IMG/VR virus record: IMGVR_UViG_3300005836_000027
Location: 1 to 42,498 of that record
Length of the DNA: 42,498 nt
Origin: a virus
Strand: one strand, 5' to 3'
A program made the translations under genes and the position numbers. Shown piece after piece: positions 8,409 through 18,258 of the stretch. Below the pieces are notes generated by a model. The model had not been told where the DNA came from. It saw only the letters and a list, made by a program, of their open reading frames with translations, and ran no database searches. Within the stretch, counting starts at the first letter, position 1, and each line of letters opens with the position of its first letter.

Positions 8409-9449
8409 ATGGCAGATACTAATACCAGTACCACCAGCAACGATAACTTGATGGCGGCGTACTTCAGCCAGGACATGATTGCGCGTCTTGAGCCGAATAC
8501 GCCGCTCATTGAGTTTGCCGTCAAAGATGACCTTCCTCTTCGCACGGGTAAAACCGCGACGTTTAACGGATGGCGTTCTTTGGACGGCGCTTCGACCTCG
8601 CTCTCAGAAGGCACCGCGAACTCGCTTCCGGCGCTTTCTTCCCGCAGAGTCGTGGCGACCATCGTGGGATACGGTCGTGGCGTAAAGCTCACGGACCTGT
8701 TCCAAATGACCTCGTTCTTCGATGCCGTCAATGGCGCGATGGATGTTTTGACGGATTCTGCGAGGAAAACCGTTGAAAAGATGTGTCAGATGGGTATTTA
8801 TAAAAACAGCATCCTAAAAAATGCAAGGACAACGACGAATCTGTCGAGCTATATGTCGTCCGTCGCGTCGGCCTTCTGTGCGATCAACGGGACACACAGC
8901 GGGGATCTTCAGTTCCAGTTCCCCGCCGTATTCGGAGCTTCTGTGGCGCGGTTAAGCGCTATTGGAGCCGTTGCTCCTACCACGTCGGCGCAACTCTCGG
9001 TCTTTTCCACGCGAAAAGCCGTGACGCGCCTTCGTTCAAGAGATGCTCAGCCGATGGCGGACGGGTACTTCATTGGATACGGAACGCCTCAGTCCCTGCA
9101 CGGCCTGAGACGTGACCCCACATGGGCTGTCTGGAATACTGCCCAGAACTCGAAAGAGACGATGTATCGGGGAGAAGCAGGCCGCGTTGAGAATGTTCGG
9201 TTCATCAACTCGACCATGGCTTTCCGGTACGCGGTGGCGGCGCACTCCATTAACGGCGTGTTTATCTTCGGACAGGGAGCCTTCGGCTTCACGTCCTTGG
9301 ATGGCATGGTGAAAATGATGATCGCAAGAGGTCCGGATAAAGCGGACACTTGGGACCAGTTTACACCGGTAACCTACAAAGTCTACGGGGCGGCGGTGGC
9401 GTTAAATCCATCGGCGGGCTGTATTCTTTGGGTCGCAGAGAAACTCTAA
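8409..9449 (+). CDS. Major capsid protein (HK97-fold type inferred)
   Basis: 346 aa, positioned after the scaffold gene. The N-terminal pattern PLIEFAVKDDLPLRTGKTATFNGW is typical of phage major capsid families. A hairpin follows the gene. Confidence 0.75.
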   Translation: MADTNTSTTSNDNLMAAYFSQDMIARLEPNTPLIEFAVKDDLPLRTGKTATFNGWRSLDGASTSLSEGTANSLPALSSRRVVATIVGYGRGVKLTDLFQMTSFFDAVNGAMDVLTDSARKTVEKMCQMGIYKNSILKNARTTTNLSSYMSSVASAFCAINGTHSGDLQFQFPAVFGASVARLSAIGAVAPTTSAQLSVFSTRKAVTRLRSRDAQPMADGYFIGYGTPQSLHGLRRDPTWAVWNTAQNSKETMYRGEAGRVENVRFINSTMAFRYAVAAHSINGVFIFGQGAFGFTSLDGMVKMMIARGPDKADTWDQFTPVTYKVYGAAVALNPSAGCILWVAEKL

Positions 9450-9456
9450 ACCAAGC

Positions 9457-9480
9457 CCCGGGGGTGTAAAAGCCCCCGGG
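9457..9480 (+). terminator. GC-rich hairpin after the capsid gene (candidate leaky terminator)
   Basis: CCCGGGGG (9457-9464) pairs perfectly with CCCCCGGG (9473-9480) across an 8-nt loop. The downstream T-tract is only weak (CACAATTT). Confidence 0.45.
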
Positions 9481-9489
9481 CACAATTTA

Positions 9490-10317
9490 ATGAACATCTC
9501 AGTGACAACGCCCGTCTTAAACGAAGTAGACCTGATTGGATATTCGATCATGGCGGCAGAACCTTATGTGGCGGAGTTCGTTTATACGCTTGACGAGGCT
9601 TCCACTGACGGCACTCAGGACATCCTCCATTACTTAAAAGAGAAGTATCTACATGAACGCCTCGTGATTATTGAAACGCCGACGTTTCATCCTTCCGATA
9701 TGAGGGCGTATAACAATGCTTTCAATGTGGCGATTGACGCTTCAAAAGGAGATGTCTGTTGGTTTTTGCACCCGGACATGATTTTGACGGAAGGCGGAGC
9801 CTTGGAAGGGGAGGCTTTGGCTTGGTGGATAGACGTGACGAGTTATGCGAAGGACTTGGATACCGTGGTCACGAAAGGGAGGTGTAACCAATGGAAGAAT
9901 ATACACGCGAAGAAATTCGGCTTGCACTATTTCGGTGGGTATGGGTCCGAGAACGAAGATTTCTACCATTCGGCAATAACGGGGACAACGCACAAGCATT
10001 ATGGGACAGACTTCTCAGAGTATCCGTTCCAAGTCTTAAAGAGTGCGTTCAAAATTAACCATTACTGTGAGACAAAGGATTACGAACGGCGCTTCGAGAA
10101 GATGAAGCTCTGTCTCAAGACGCAGAATCCAAAGATGTCGGATGAAATGATTGCTGAATTGGCGGCCAAGCATCCCCGGGTAACGCTTGAGTCGTCGAAC
10201 GAGCAGTTCGGGCGATTTGCGTTTGGGCCGCGCACAGACCCCGTTCCTGATGTTTTTTTAAAGCACAAAGAGGAGTTCATGCAGTTCAAGAAAGAGGAGG
10301 CATTATCACATGGCTAA
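9490..10317 (+). CDS. Glycosyltransferase family 2-like protein (degenerate DxD)
   Basis: The N-terminus ISVTTPVLNE...LDEASTDGTQDIL resembles the GT-A fold. HPD (WFLHPDMIL) sits where the DxD motif would be. Confidence 0.55.
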   Translation: MNISVTTPVLNEVDLIGYSIMAAEPYVAEFVYTLDEASTDGTQDILHYLKEKYLHERLVIIETPTFHPSDMRAYNNAFNVAIDASKGDVCWFLHPDMILTEGGALEGEALAWWIDVTSYAKDLDTVVTKGRCNQWKNIHAKKFGLHYFGGYGSENEDFYHSAITGTTHKHYGTDFSEYPFQVLKSAFKINHYCETKDYERRFEKMKLCLKTQNPKMSDEMIAELAAKHPRVTLESSNEQFGRFAFGPRTDPVPDVFLKHKEEFMQFKKEEALSHG

Positions 10318-10543
10318 TGGGTACAGAGTAAGACTGGAAAGTGCGGTATCCGATGGAACAAACATTTACACCGAAATGAAAATATCGAGTCCGACTCAGA
10401 CGTTGCCTTTGGTGAGGCCGTCATTTCCTGTGGGAACGTCGGCGGCTTCGATCGTTGCTTATATGCAGAAAATGGCCGATAACGGGCCTACGCTTGCTTC
10501 GGCTATTTCCGACCTTGTCGGCTCAAATGTTTCGGGAGCCTAA
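10310..10543 (+). CDS. Hypothetical protein inside the GT island
   Basis: 77-aa ORF with a good SD (GGAGG) upstream of the ATG. Confidence 0.45.
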   Translation: MANGYRVRLESAVSDGTNIYTEMKISSPTQTLPLVRPSFPVGTSAASIVAYMQKMADNGPTLASAISDLVGSNVSGA

Positions 10544-10555
10544 AAGGGGAAAATA

Positions 10556-10846
10556 ATGAGAAAAATAATTGGAAGTCTTGTTGTTTCATTGCTGGCGGCA
10601 TACGGGTCATTTGTTTATGCAGACAGTCAGGCTACATCCTTGGGGCTTGTCCGTGTGCAGATTTCAAGCGCACCCATTGCTCTTATCAATACAACTGTTC
10701 CATTCGGGGCATTTGAGTTGATTGGTTGTACGGATTGCATTCAGAGTTCTCTCTGTATTTCTTCCGGGACGGGGACTGGCGCCTACGTTGTTTCTTCGTC
10801 GAGCCATTCGATTGGGAGCCTGGCAACCATGGTCCATTGTCGGTAG
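10556..10846 (+). CDS. Small secreted Cys-containing, Ser/Gly/Thr-rich protein
   Basis: The N-terminus MRKIIGSLVVSLLAAYGSFVYA/DS looks like a Sec signal peptide. SD is AAGGGGA. The predicted mature part has 4 Cys. Confidence 0.5.
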   Translation: MRKIIGSLVVSLLAAYGSFVYADSQATSLGLVRVQISSAPIALINTTVPFGAFELIGCTDCIQSSLCISSGTGTGAYVVSSSSHSIGSLATMVHCR

Positions 10847-10852
10847 CAATAT

Positions 10853-12322
10853 ATGGCTAAAGAACCCATTCTCAGTTTCGTCATCCCGGTCTATAAGAAA
10901 TCTCCCGAGACGTTTACTAAATGCCTTCATTCCCTGTTTGACCAGTCGATCAAAGACTTTGAAGTCATCTGTGTGTTTGATGGCCCTGACGCGGAGCTGG
11001 AAGCGGTAGCCAAAAGGTACAACGTGACGTCTCTTGTGATTGAGCATGGCGGGGCTTGCAAGGCCCGAAACGCGGGATTTGCGGCTTCGCGCGGTCGGTA
11101 CGTGGCGCACTGGGACGCGGATTGCTTTATAAAGCCTGAAGCGGCGAAGATTTGGCTTGAAACCTTCGATCGTAATCCAGAAGCGGCTTTCGTCTATTCG
11201 GGGTATGAATTCGAAAACGAAGGCGGCGGATTTAATTCAGAGATGTTTGACGAGTATAGCCTTAAGTGCGGCAATTACATTGCTTCCATGTTTCCAGTCA
11301 AGCGGGAGTTCTTTCCGGGGTGGGACGAGTCGCTCAAGGCGGCGCAGGATTGGGATTTCTGGCTCTCTGTAGTCGAAAAAGGCGGAAAGGGCATATTTAT
11401 CCGTGGGTATGGGTTTATAACGGAACTCCCAGAAAAAGACAGCATTTCGTATTCGGGATGGTCTGCGGCCAACCGAGTGGAAACGATCCGAACGGTTCGC
11501 AGAAAACACGGCATCCAAGACAAAGACATCGCTGTTTACGGCGCCGTCCATAACCTGAAAGCCCTGCATTTAGCCAAGCTCTTGGGCGGGGATACGCTTA
11601 AAGGCTCTGGCCTTCCGGCGAACACGTACAAGATGATCTTAAATCTTGGTTATAGCCAGATGGTTCGCTTTAAAGGAGTCGCCGAAGGCGCGGTCAAGAT
11701 TCATTACTGGATGCCATGGGATATTGACTGTCTCTATGAGATCGCTCATCGTACCGCTAAAGAAACGATTCGCCTTGCCAATGAGGAGATCACGCACCAG
11801 TTCTGCAACGATATCGTGTCACAGAAAAGGCTCAAGGAGCTTGGGATTAAAGCAGAGATTCTGCCGCTTCCGACCGAGATTGATGATTTGGAGTCGGACC
11901 TTCCGGCGGACTTCAGGGTCTTAATTGACGTAGACAAAGCGCACGAACCGATTGTGGCGAATTTGGACAAGGACATTCCCTACATCAAGATTGACCGGCT
12001 GGAGATGGCGGCTTCGATCTCTAAATACTCGCTTCTCATCAGCTTTCATGAGAATCCTTACGCCGACGAGGGGATGAAGCGCTTTATGTTAAATGGCCGA
12101 AACATCATTTCAAACGTTCAGGCTCCCTTCTGCGGGTTCTTTGACTTAGAGCGTGGGCATACGGAGTTCCGAAAAGAGTTGATCGCGCAAATCCGCATGG
12201 CACGGAATTATCCTTTCAACAAAGAGGCGCAGGACTACTATAAGACGCTCGTTGATCCTTGTAAGTTCAAAGAACGGGTGTTGGCACTACTTCCGAAGCC
12301 TGTTTTAGAGGTGGTTGGATGA
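10853..12322 (+). CDS. Two-domain glycosyltransferase (N-terminal GT2, C-terminal GT-B-like region)
   Basis: GT2 motifs are LSFVIPVYKK, FDQSIKDFEVICVFDG, ARNAGFAASRG and the DxD in HWDADC. The C-terminal ~250 aa resemble a divergent Rossmann-type GT domain. Confidence 0.8.
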   Translation: MAKEPILSFVIPVYKKSPETFTKCLHSLFDQSIKDFEVICVFDGPDAELEAVAKRYNVTSLVIEHGGACKARNAGFAASRGRYVAHWDADCFIKPEAAKIWLETFDRNPEAAFVYSGYEFENEGGGFNSEMFDEYSLKCGNYIASMFPVKREFFPGWDESLKAAQDWDFWLSVVEKGGKGIFIRGYGFITELPEKDSISYSGWSAANRVETIRTVRRKHGIQDKDIAVYGAVHNLKALHLAKLLGGDTLKGSGLPANTYKMILNLGYSQMVRFKGVAEGAVKIHYWMPWDIDCLYEIAHRTAKETIRLANEEITHQFCNDIVSQKRLKELGIKAEILPLPTEIDDLESDLPADFRVLIDVDKAHEPIVANLDKDIPYIKIDRLEMAASISKYSLLISFHENPYADEGMKRFMLNGRNIISNVQAPFCGFFDLERGHTEFRKELIAQIRMARNYPFNKEAQDYYKTLVDPCKFKERVLALLPKPVLEVVG

Positions 12323-13017
12323 ACCCTAGAGCGAGTTTTGTAATTCCGGTGTTTAACGGAGAAGCCTATCTTCGGGAGACGCTTGACTCCTGCCTCGACC
12401 AGTCCGTGAAACAGCTTGAAGTGGTTGTGGTGGACGACGCGTCTACGGACGGGACCAAGGAGCTGATTGAGTATTTCGTTAAGAAAGACTCTCGGGTTAA
12501 GCCTATTTTCCTGACGGAAAATGCTGGATCAGCGAACGCCAGAAATGTCGGAAATCGGGCGGCGCAAGGGCAATATATTTTTGTTCTTGATGGGGATGAT
12601 AAAGCGACTCGGAACCGCGTGAAGGATACGATCACTTGTTTTGAGGCGAAGAATGCCGATCTTGTCTATGGAGGGTTTATCACGATTGACACGTTTGGGA
12701 ACATGGAACGCAGGTTTGCCCCGCATCCGTTTACCCGGGAAGCGTCGCTTAAGTACAAGACGCACCAAATCTGTCATTCCACGGTGGCTTACCGCAAAGG
12801 GCTGACCTTAAACGTGCAGTACCGGGAAGATCATGCCAAGTACGCGATGGAGGATTTCAGCTTTATCTGGAACGCCCACGCGAAAGGGTACAGGTTTGCC
12901 TACGTCAAGAATCCATTCTGCTATTACAGGGTGATGGATAGCTCGCAATCGACCCGAAGAAACGAATCCGAGGTCGTGAAAGCGAAGGAAGAATTTGTCA
13001 AAGCACTCGAAATCTAG
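12319..13017 (+). CDS. Glycosyltransferase family 2
   Basis: Motifs are SFVIPVFNGEAYL, LEVVVVDDASTDGT, ARNVGNRAAQG and FVLDGDD. The start is ATGA-coupled to the upstream GT. Confidence 0.85.
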   Translation: MNPRASFVIPVFNGEAYLRETLDSCLDQSVKQLEVVVVDDASTDGTKELIEYFVKKDSRVKPIFLTENAGSANARNVGNRAAQGQYIFVLDGDDKATRNRVKDTITCFEAKNADLVYGGFITIDTFGNMERRFAPHPFTREASLKYKTHQICHSTVAYRKGLTLNVQYREDHAKYAMEDFSFIWNAHAKGYRFAYVKNPFCYYRVMDSSQSTRRNESEVVKAKEEFVKALEI

Positions 13018-14206
13018 GCCGTTTCGCATTGCGATGATTCCGACCGCTAATGGCGGCGTGAATTACACGCGCCTCGCGGCATGGGCGTTTGAAATGCGGA
13101 AGTATCGGAACGTGGAAGCGAGCGTCCTTTACTTTCAGTACAACCTGATTCCGACGCATCCGTGGCAGAAAGACATCATTTCGGTCCCGCAGATCCGGCA
13201 GGACATTGAGTGTTTTGCCAGAGCCTCGGACGCCATGATTTGGCATCCCGTCTTTTACGATCACACCCTTGAATTCTTCAATGAGATCAGGCAGAAGTAC
13301 GGGAAGCCAACTTTTATCGAGACGGACGACAATTACATTGACGTTCCTGCGTGGAACGAGGCATTTCATTCCTTTGGTCCGACCTCGGCGCATCGGTATA
13401 TTGCGACGGAAGCGATGGCGTTTGCTGATGGGATGTTCGTGTCAACGCCGCACTTAAAAGAACTTTACGGGAAGTTTAACGAGAACATTCATGTCGTCGA
13501 GAATTCTCTTGATTTCAAGGGAGACAGGAAGTTTGTGGGATGGGATCAAGTCTCTGTCCGAAAGCACAAGGGGACCCGGCTTGGGTGGATTGGCGGGCGG
13601 TCGCATTTCAACGATTTGATGATGGTGGCACCTGTTTTGCGGGAGATTCTTGTCAAATACCCCGACGTGACGCTGTGCCTTGTGAATTCGGCGATCCAAC
13701 CCTCTTGCAAAGCGCTCGGCATAGCGTACCCTTTTGAAGGGCTTACGAACGTGCATTATGCGGATCGGTCGGTTCCGATCAACCGTTACGCGCAGTTTGC
13801 GGCGTCTTTTGGGTTTGATATCGGCCTTGCTCCGCTCGAGGACTGCAACTTCAATCGTTCCAAGTCGAATCTACGATGGCTGGAATATTCGGCCATGAAA
13901 ATTCCAACGATAGCGACTGATATCTCGCATTTCTCGCAGTCTATTCGTGACGGCCAAGACGGATTCCTCATCAAGAACAATGACTTGCAGGAGTGGAAGA
14001 ACCGTTTGGAAATGCTTATTAAGAGCCAAAGCACCAGAGAAGAAGTCGGCAGGCAGGCGTACAAGCGTGTCAAGAAGGATTTCAACTTAAAGACGAACGC
14101 CGCCAAGTACGTGCGGCTTCTAAAGAAGCTGAGCGATTTCAATGTGTTTACCACCCCGGAATACGAGGCGGTTGACGAACAATCGGAGGCGGCATTATGC
14201 AGTTAA
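12995..14206 (+). CDS. Glycosyltransferase, GT-B fold (GT1/GT4-like)
   Basis: The N-terminus is FRIAMIPTANGG. The C-terminal segment LEYSAMKIPTIATDISHFSQSIRDGQDGFLIKNND matches the EX7E-type GT4 sugar-donor region. Confidence 0.8.
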   Translation: MSKHSKSRPFRIAMIPTANGGVNYTRLAAWAFEMRKYRNVEASVLYFQYNLIPTHPWQKDIISVPQIRQDIECFARASDAMIWHPVFYDHTLEFFNEIRQKYGKPTFIETDDNYIDVPAWNEAFHSFGPTSAHRYIATEAMAFADGMFVSTPHLKELYGKFNENIHVVENSLDFKGDRKFVGWDQVSVRKHKGTRLGWIGGRSHFNDLMMVAPVLREILVKYPDVTLCLVNSAIQPSCKALGIAYPFEGLTNVHYADRSVPINRYAQFAASFGFDIGLAPLEDCNFNRSKSNLRWLEYSAMKIPTIATDISHFSQSIRDGQDGFLIKNNDLQEWKNRLEMLIKSQSTREEVGRQAYKRVKKDFNLKTNAAKYVRLLKKLSDFNVFTTPEYEAVDEQSEAALCS

Positions 14207-14907
14207 CAGACATCCAAGTATTGATTGGAACCCTGACGAATGATCCGAACCATGAAAGATACAGCACGACCGATATCGGCACGGAGTTTGATAACACGTC
14301 CGACAAATGGAACGTAGAAGCCAAGATCCTGAAAGATACGGTGACGCTCACGGTGGTGGCTGGAACCCGCCAGTACGCGCTTTCAGGGCTTACGGGGACG
14401 CCGATTTCGTTTACGCGGGTTACGCACAAGGGGCTCAAGCTAAACAAGAAAGACAAGGCATGGTTTGACCTTTATTACGGCGGGACGGACTGGACGACGA
14501 CGCCCGGGACGCCTGTGGACTATTTCGTGGAGGCGACGGACCCCGACTTACAGTATTTAACGGTGTTTCCTACCCCGGGTGATGGCGACGCGGGGGATAA
14601 CCTTGTCTGCGAGTACATCAAGCGGCACACGTCCATGTCGGCATCTACTGACGAACCGCTTAATTCCACCCCGCTTCTTGCTCCGTACCATTGGGGCATG
14701 TGCTACGACGCGGCGGCAAGACTCTTGATGCGCGACCCCACACAGGAAAACGTGGCGAAGGTGTCGGGATACGCGCAGATCGCCAATGGCGTGATGGCGG
14801 ACGTTGTTCAGGTATACAAAGCCTTTGAGAAGGAAGTTCCGATGCGCCTCAAGTCGATTACGAGGCCTGTCGGACAAGCGGTGACGGGGTGGCGCAGGGG
14901 ATGGTAG
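14197..14907 (+). CDS. Putative head-tail adaptor / connector protein
   Basis: 236 aa, and the first gene after the GT island, where an adaptor is expected between capsid and tail genes. Assigned by position only. Confidence 0.35.
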   Translation: MQLTDIQVLIGTLTNDPNHERYSTTDIGTEFDNTSDKWNVEAKILKDTVTLTVVAGTRQYALSGLTGTPISFTRVTHKGLKLNKKDKAWFDLYYGGTDWTTTPGTPVDYFVEATDPDLQYLTVFPTPGDGDAGDNLVCEYIKRHTSMSASTDEPLNSTPLLAPYHWGMCYDAAARLLMRDPTQENVAKVSGYAQIANGVMADVVQVYKAFEKEVPMRLKSITRPVGQAVTGWRRGW

Positions 14908-15019
14908 ACTGAAAAAGCTTCTTTTAATCGGATGTCTTTTAATACCGGGGTGGTCTTTAGCCGGAGATATTACTATTGGTTCTTTCCAAGGCCTGAACAC
15001 GCAGGACCATCCTGCGGCC

Positions 15020-17641
15020 TTGGAAGATGGAGAGTCCCAAGACCTCTTGAACGTGGACATCATCCCCGGCGGCAAGGGCGTAAAGAAGCGGGACGGCTAT
15101 GGTCTTCACAAGACTGTAGGAATCAGTACGTCGGCTATTCATGGCGGTCACTACTTTCAAGATACGTCTGGATCGGATATCCAGCTCTGGGGTGGGGACG
15201 TATACCTGAACGCCTCCGTAAACGGTGCGGCAACGGTCCAGATTGCTACTGGAACGCTCGCGGCAACGTGGCAATGTACGGACAACTCCGGTTATGCCTA
15301 TTGCGTCACGTCCAGCCGAAATACGCCAGTTCGCACGAGTGGAACGACCGCCACAACGACGTATCAGACAGGAATCCCTCTTGGGACCATGATTACGAAC
15401 ACCCCGGACCGCCTGCTTGTCGCCGGTGTGTCCGGCGCGGAGTCTACGCTCTACTTCTCACAAGCCAACACATTCACGAATTTCACAACGGGCATCAATT
15501 CGGCTGACCCTTTCACCGAAGTCATCAATTCCCCAGGCAGTCGCATAACGCATATCCGTTACGCCTGCGGGAAGGTCTTGTGGTGGAAGGATGGGTCTTT
15601 TGGGTACTCACTAGGATCAGACCAGTTCAACCTGGAGAACGTGACGGTTTCACAGAACATTGGGACGCTCGACAACTCCTCAGACGAATACAACGGGATT
15701 GTCTATTTCAGGGGACAGGATAACCACATTTACCAATACGATTGCTCAAACGTCACGCGTCTCTCCCGCAAGATCACGCCAACCGTAGAAGGATCTGGCC
15801 GCAGGAAGGCAAACTCTTGGACGCAGACGAGTCAGACGGATTTCGATAGCGGTGTTGGCATCCTATCTGGGAGTTTTTCTACGAGCCTTTCCCCTGGGGA
15901 TGTGGTTCTTTCTTCTTTTACAGCAACCGATACTATAACAGCCGACTTCGCGCAAGGAACGCTCACCAATACGACGGCTTACGCTGGCATTGGCGTAAGG
16001 CTCAGCACAAGCCCCGGAAACTTGCCAAACAATTCCATGGAGACGGCGAACGTCGGAGATGTCCTGTCTGATTGGGGCGCATATTTATTTACACGCTATG
16101 ACGGAGACGGGTCCATCGGCGGGAGTGCTTGCGGAACATCATGGTCTGACTTCGTGGGTACGAATTTTGCTTATTCTCTAGCTGGCCAATCGCCTTCCGC
16201 GTCTCCGAAGATCGTGACCACCATCTATGAGCTTTTGTCTGGAACAACGCTATATACAGACACAATCAATATGAGCGGAACGGCAGATTGTTCCTTTTCT
16301 ACGAGAACGATTACTGTATCTGCTTCCGATGTTGGAAAGCGCGTACAGCTTGTATTTATTTCGTCAGATACGAGCCCATCATCGGACATTGCCGTTCTTA
16401 GAACAACAAATTCGTTCGTTCTAAGCGGAGACATAAGCTATATGTATGCATGGGATACTAATGGCGGGAATCCTTATGCGGCGATTGACTGGGTAACTGG
16501 TGGAAGCAACACGATCAACTCAGGCCAATTCACGTCAAGGGTATTCAATACAGGTGTAACAAGCGCCATGGTTTACACTTCAGCCAACTGGACAGTAAAC
16601 ACGTCAACCCCATATCTCGAGGTGCAGACTTCTGCAAACGGAAGTAGCGGATGGACAAAAGTAACTTCCAGTACCGGTACAAACGTTTCCACGAACCAAT
16701 ATATACGCTACTTGTCGAGCTTTACGGTTGGCTCTAGCGATAACGCTCTATCCACACTTGATGACGTGTCATTTGTGGCTAAATCTACGGGCGGCGTATA
16801 CCTGTCAGCAGTCAATAACGCCTCGGGTGTCACGGAATGGAGTACCTTCGGGGCGAACGATCAGACGGGCGGGGGAACTATCGTTTACTCCGTTCGCGCT
16901 TCGACTCAACAGTTCACTATCCAGTCTAGCACCCCGCTATGGGCCACGCAGGACAAAAACGCTACCGTGAACTACGCCACAGGCACTTATATGCAGATGC
17001 GCGGGGCCTTTACCACCACTTCGGCCACCCAAGCCTTTGCTCTTAATGATTTTAGCTTCAACTGGTTTGAAGGAAACGCCGTTGATAAAGCCTACATCAA
17101 GTATTGGAACGACTACGTGTGGGTGGCGGTGTCTAGCGGAACGGCTGGTCTGAACAACCGCATCCAACGGTGGGACATCTTAAACCAGACGTGGCTCTTG
17201 GACGACATCTCAGCCAACGGGTTCTTGGTCGATAACAACAACCTCTATTTCGGAAGCTCATCTGTCGGCAAGATTTTCAAGTACGGGTCGGGTCTTACGA
17301 CGGATGATTCGTCTGACATCAACAGCTATTGGCGGTCAAAAGACTTCACAGGAGCAGACCCCTTTGTTCAGAACACATGGGACCAGCTCGACTTCATTGT
17401 GAAGCGGTCCTCCGGGACGTTCCTCGCGGTGGATTACCGCGTGAACGGATCAAGCGTCACGAACACCTATTCGATTAACCTCTACGACCCCGTTAAGACG
17501 ATCCTGCACAGGGGAAACAACCTCCCGGGGAAGAACGGGACATTCTTTAACGTGCAGTTTGGGGATAACAGCTCCAATCCCCGGTACGAGGTGTTGGGGC
17601 TCAGGGCGAGGTATACACCCCTTGGATGGCGGCCGGAATGA
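15020..17641 (+). CDS. Large virion-associated structural protein (tail nozzle or fibre-like, beta-rich, S/T/G/N-rich)
   Basis: 873 aa counted from the first ATG. The frame is open back to 14885 and encodes a signal-peptide-like extension (see findings). No specific family was recognised. Confidence 0.6.
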   Translation: MEDGESQDLLNVDIIPGGKGVKKRDGYGLHKTVGISTSAIHGGHYFQDTSGSDIQLWGGDVYLNASVNGAATVQIATGTLAATWQCTDNSGYAYCVTSSRNTPVRTSGTTATTTYQTGIPLGTMITNTPDRLLVAGVSGAESTLYFSQANTFTNFTTGINSADPFTEVINSPGSRITHIRYACGKVLWWKDGSFGYSLGSDQFNLENVTVSQNIGTLDNSSDEYNGIVYFRGQDNHIYQYDCSNVTRLSRKITPTVEGSGRRKANSWTQTSQTDFDSGVGILSGSFSTSLSPGDVVLSSFTATDTITADFAQGTLTNTTAYAGIGVRLSTSPGNLPNNSMETANVGDVLSDWGAYLFTRYDGDGSIGGSACGTSWSDFVGTNFAYSLAGQSPSASPKIVTTIYELLSGTTLYTDTINMSGTADCSFSTRTITVSASDVGKRVQLVFISSDTSPSSDIAVLRTTNSFVLSGDISYMYAWDTNGGNPYAAIDWVTGGSNTINSGQFTSRVFNTGVTSAMVYTSANWTVNTSTPYLEVQTSANGSSGWTKVTSSTGTNVSTNQYIRYLSSFTVGSSDNALSTLDDVSFVAKSTGGVYLSAVNNASGVTEWSTFGANDQTGGGTIVYSVRASTQQFTIQSSTPLWATQDKNATVNYATGTYMQMRGAFTTTSATQAFALNDFSFNWFEGNAVDKAYIKYWNDYVWVAVSSGTAGLNNRIQRWDILNQTWLLDDISANGFLVDNNNLYFGSSSVGKIFKYGSGLTTDDSSDINSYWRSKDFTGADPFVQNTWDQLDFIVKRSSGTFLAVDYRVNGSSVTNTYSINLYDPVKTILHRGNNLPGKNGTFFNVQFGDNSSNPRYEVLGLRARYTPLGWRPE

Positions 17642-18249
17642 GGTATTTACTTTTGATCTTTCTGGCTTCTTCGAGTTTTGCGGCATCCAAGTACCAGTAC
17701 AAAGATCCAAAGATGGATGACGAGATTCAGAATATTTACCACGAGATTGACAGCGTTTTAAAAGGAGACGTGCGTATCAGCTCAGTAACGATAACGACGT
17801 TGACGGTAACGGGGACGATTAATATCTCATCTCTTGGGAAAGTTAAACAAGTGACGATGTGTACTGTTTCGGCGGCTTCTTCAACCGTTGTGGCAAGTTT
17901 CGTGCCGTCGAATATGACGTGTTCTGTGACTCCCACGGCGACTACAAGCAATGTTTTGATTCAGGTTAACGGTCAAGCCGCCACGAACACAAACGTCAAT
18001 CGGTGCCGGTTTTCCATTTTCAGGGGGACGACGAATCTTATGGATGCGACGGAGGGGGGGACGAATCTCTTGAACAATGTCGTTACCACGACGCTGGAAG
18101 TGCCGATGTCGCTTACGTATTTGGACAGTCCTTCGTCGACGAGTTCAACGAGTTATACCCTGTATTTTAAAAGCGACGGGACAAATGCGTGTCGGTACAA
18201 CAGCCTTAGCGCTACAGGCGTAATGGTACTCACAGAAATAGGATCTTAG
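17638..18249 (+). CDS. Signal-peptide-bearing, Thr/Ser-rich structural-module protein
   Basis: ATG 17638 overlaps the upstream stop (ATGA). The N-terminus is MRYLLLIFLASSSFA/AS. The ORF track begins at 17626. Confidence 0.5.
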   Translation: MRYLLLIFLASSSFAASKYQYKDPKMDDEIQNIYHEIDSVLKGDVRISSVTITTLTVTGTINISSLGKVKQVTMCTVSAASSTVVASFVPSNMTCSVTPTATTSNVLIQVNGQAATNTNVNRCRFSIFRGTTNLMDATEGGTNLLNNVVTTTLEVPMSLTYLDSPSSTSSTSYTLYFKSDGTNACRYNSLSATGVMVLTEIGS

Positions 18250-18258
18250 GAGGAATTT

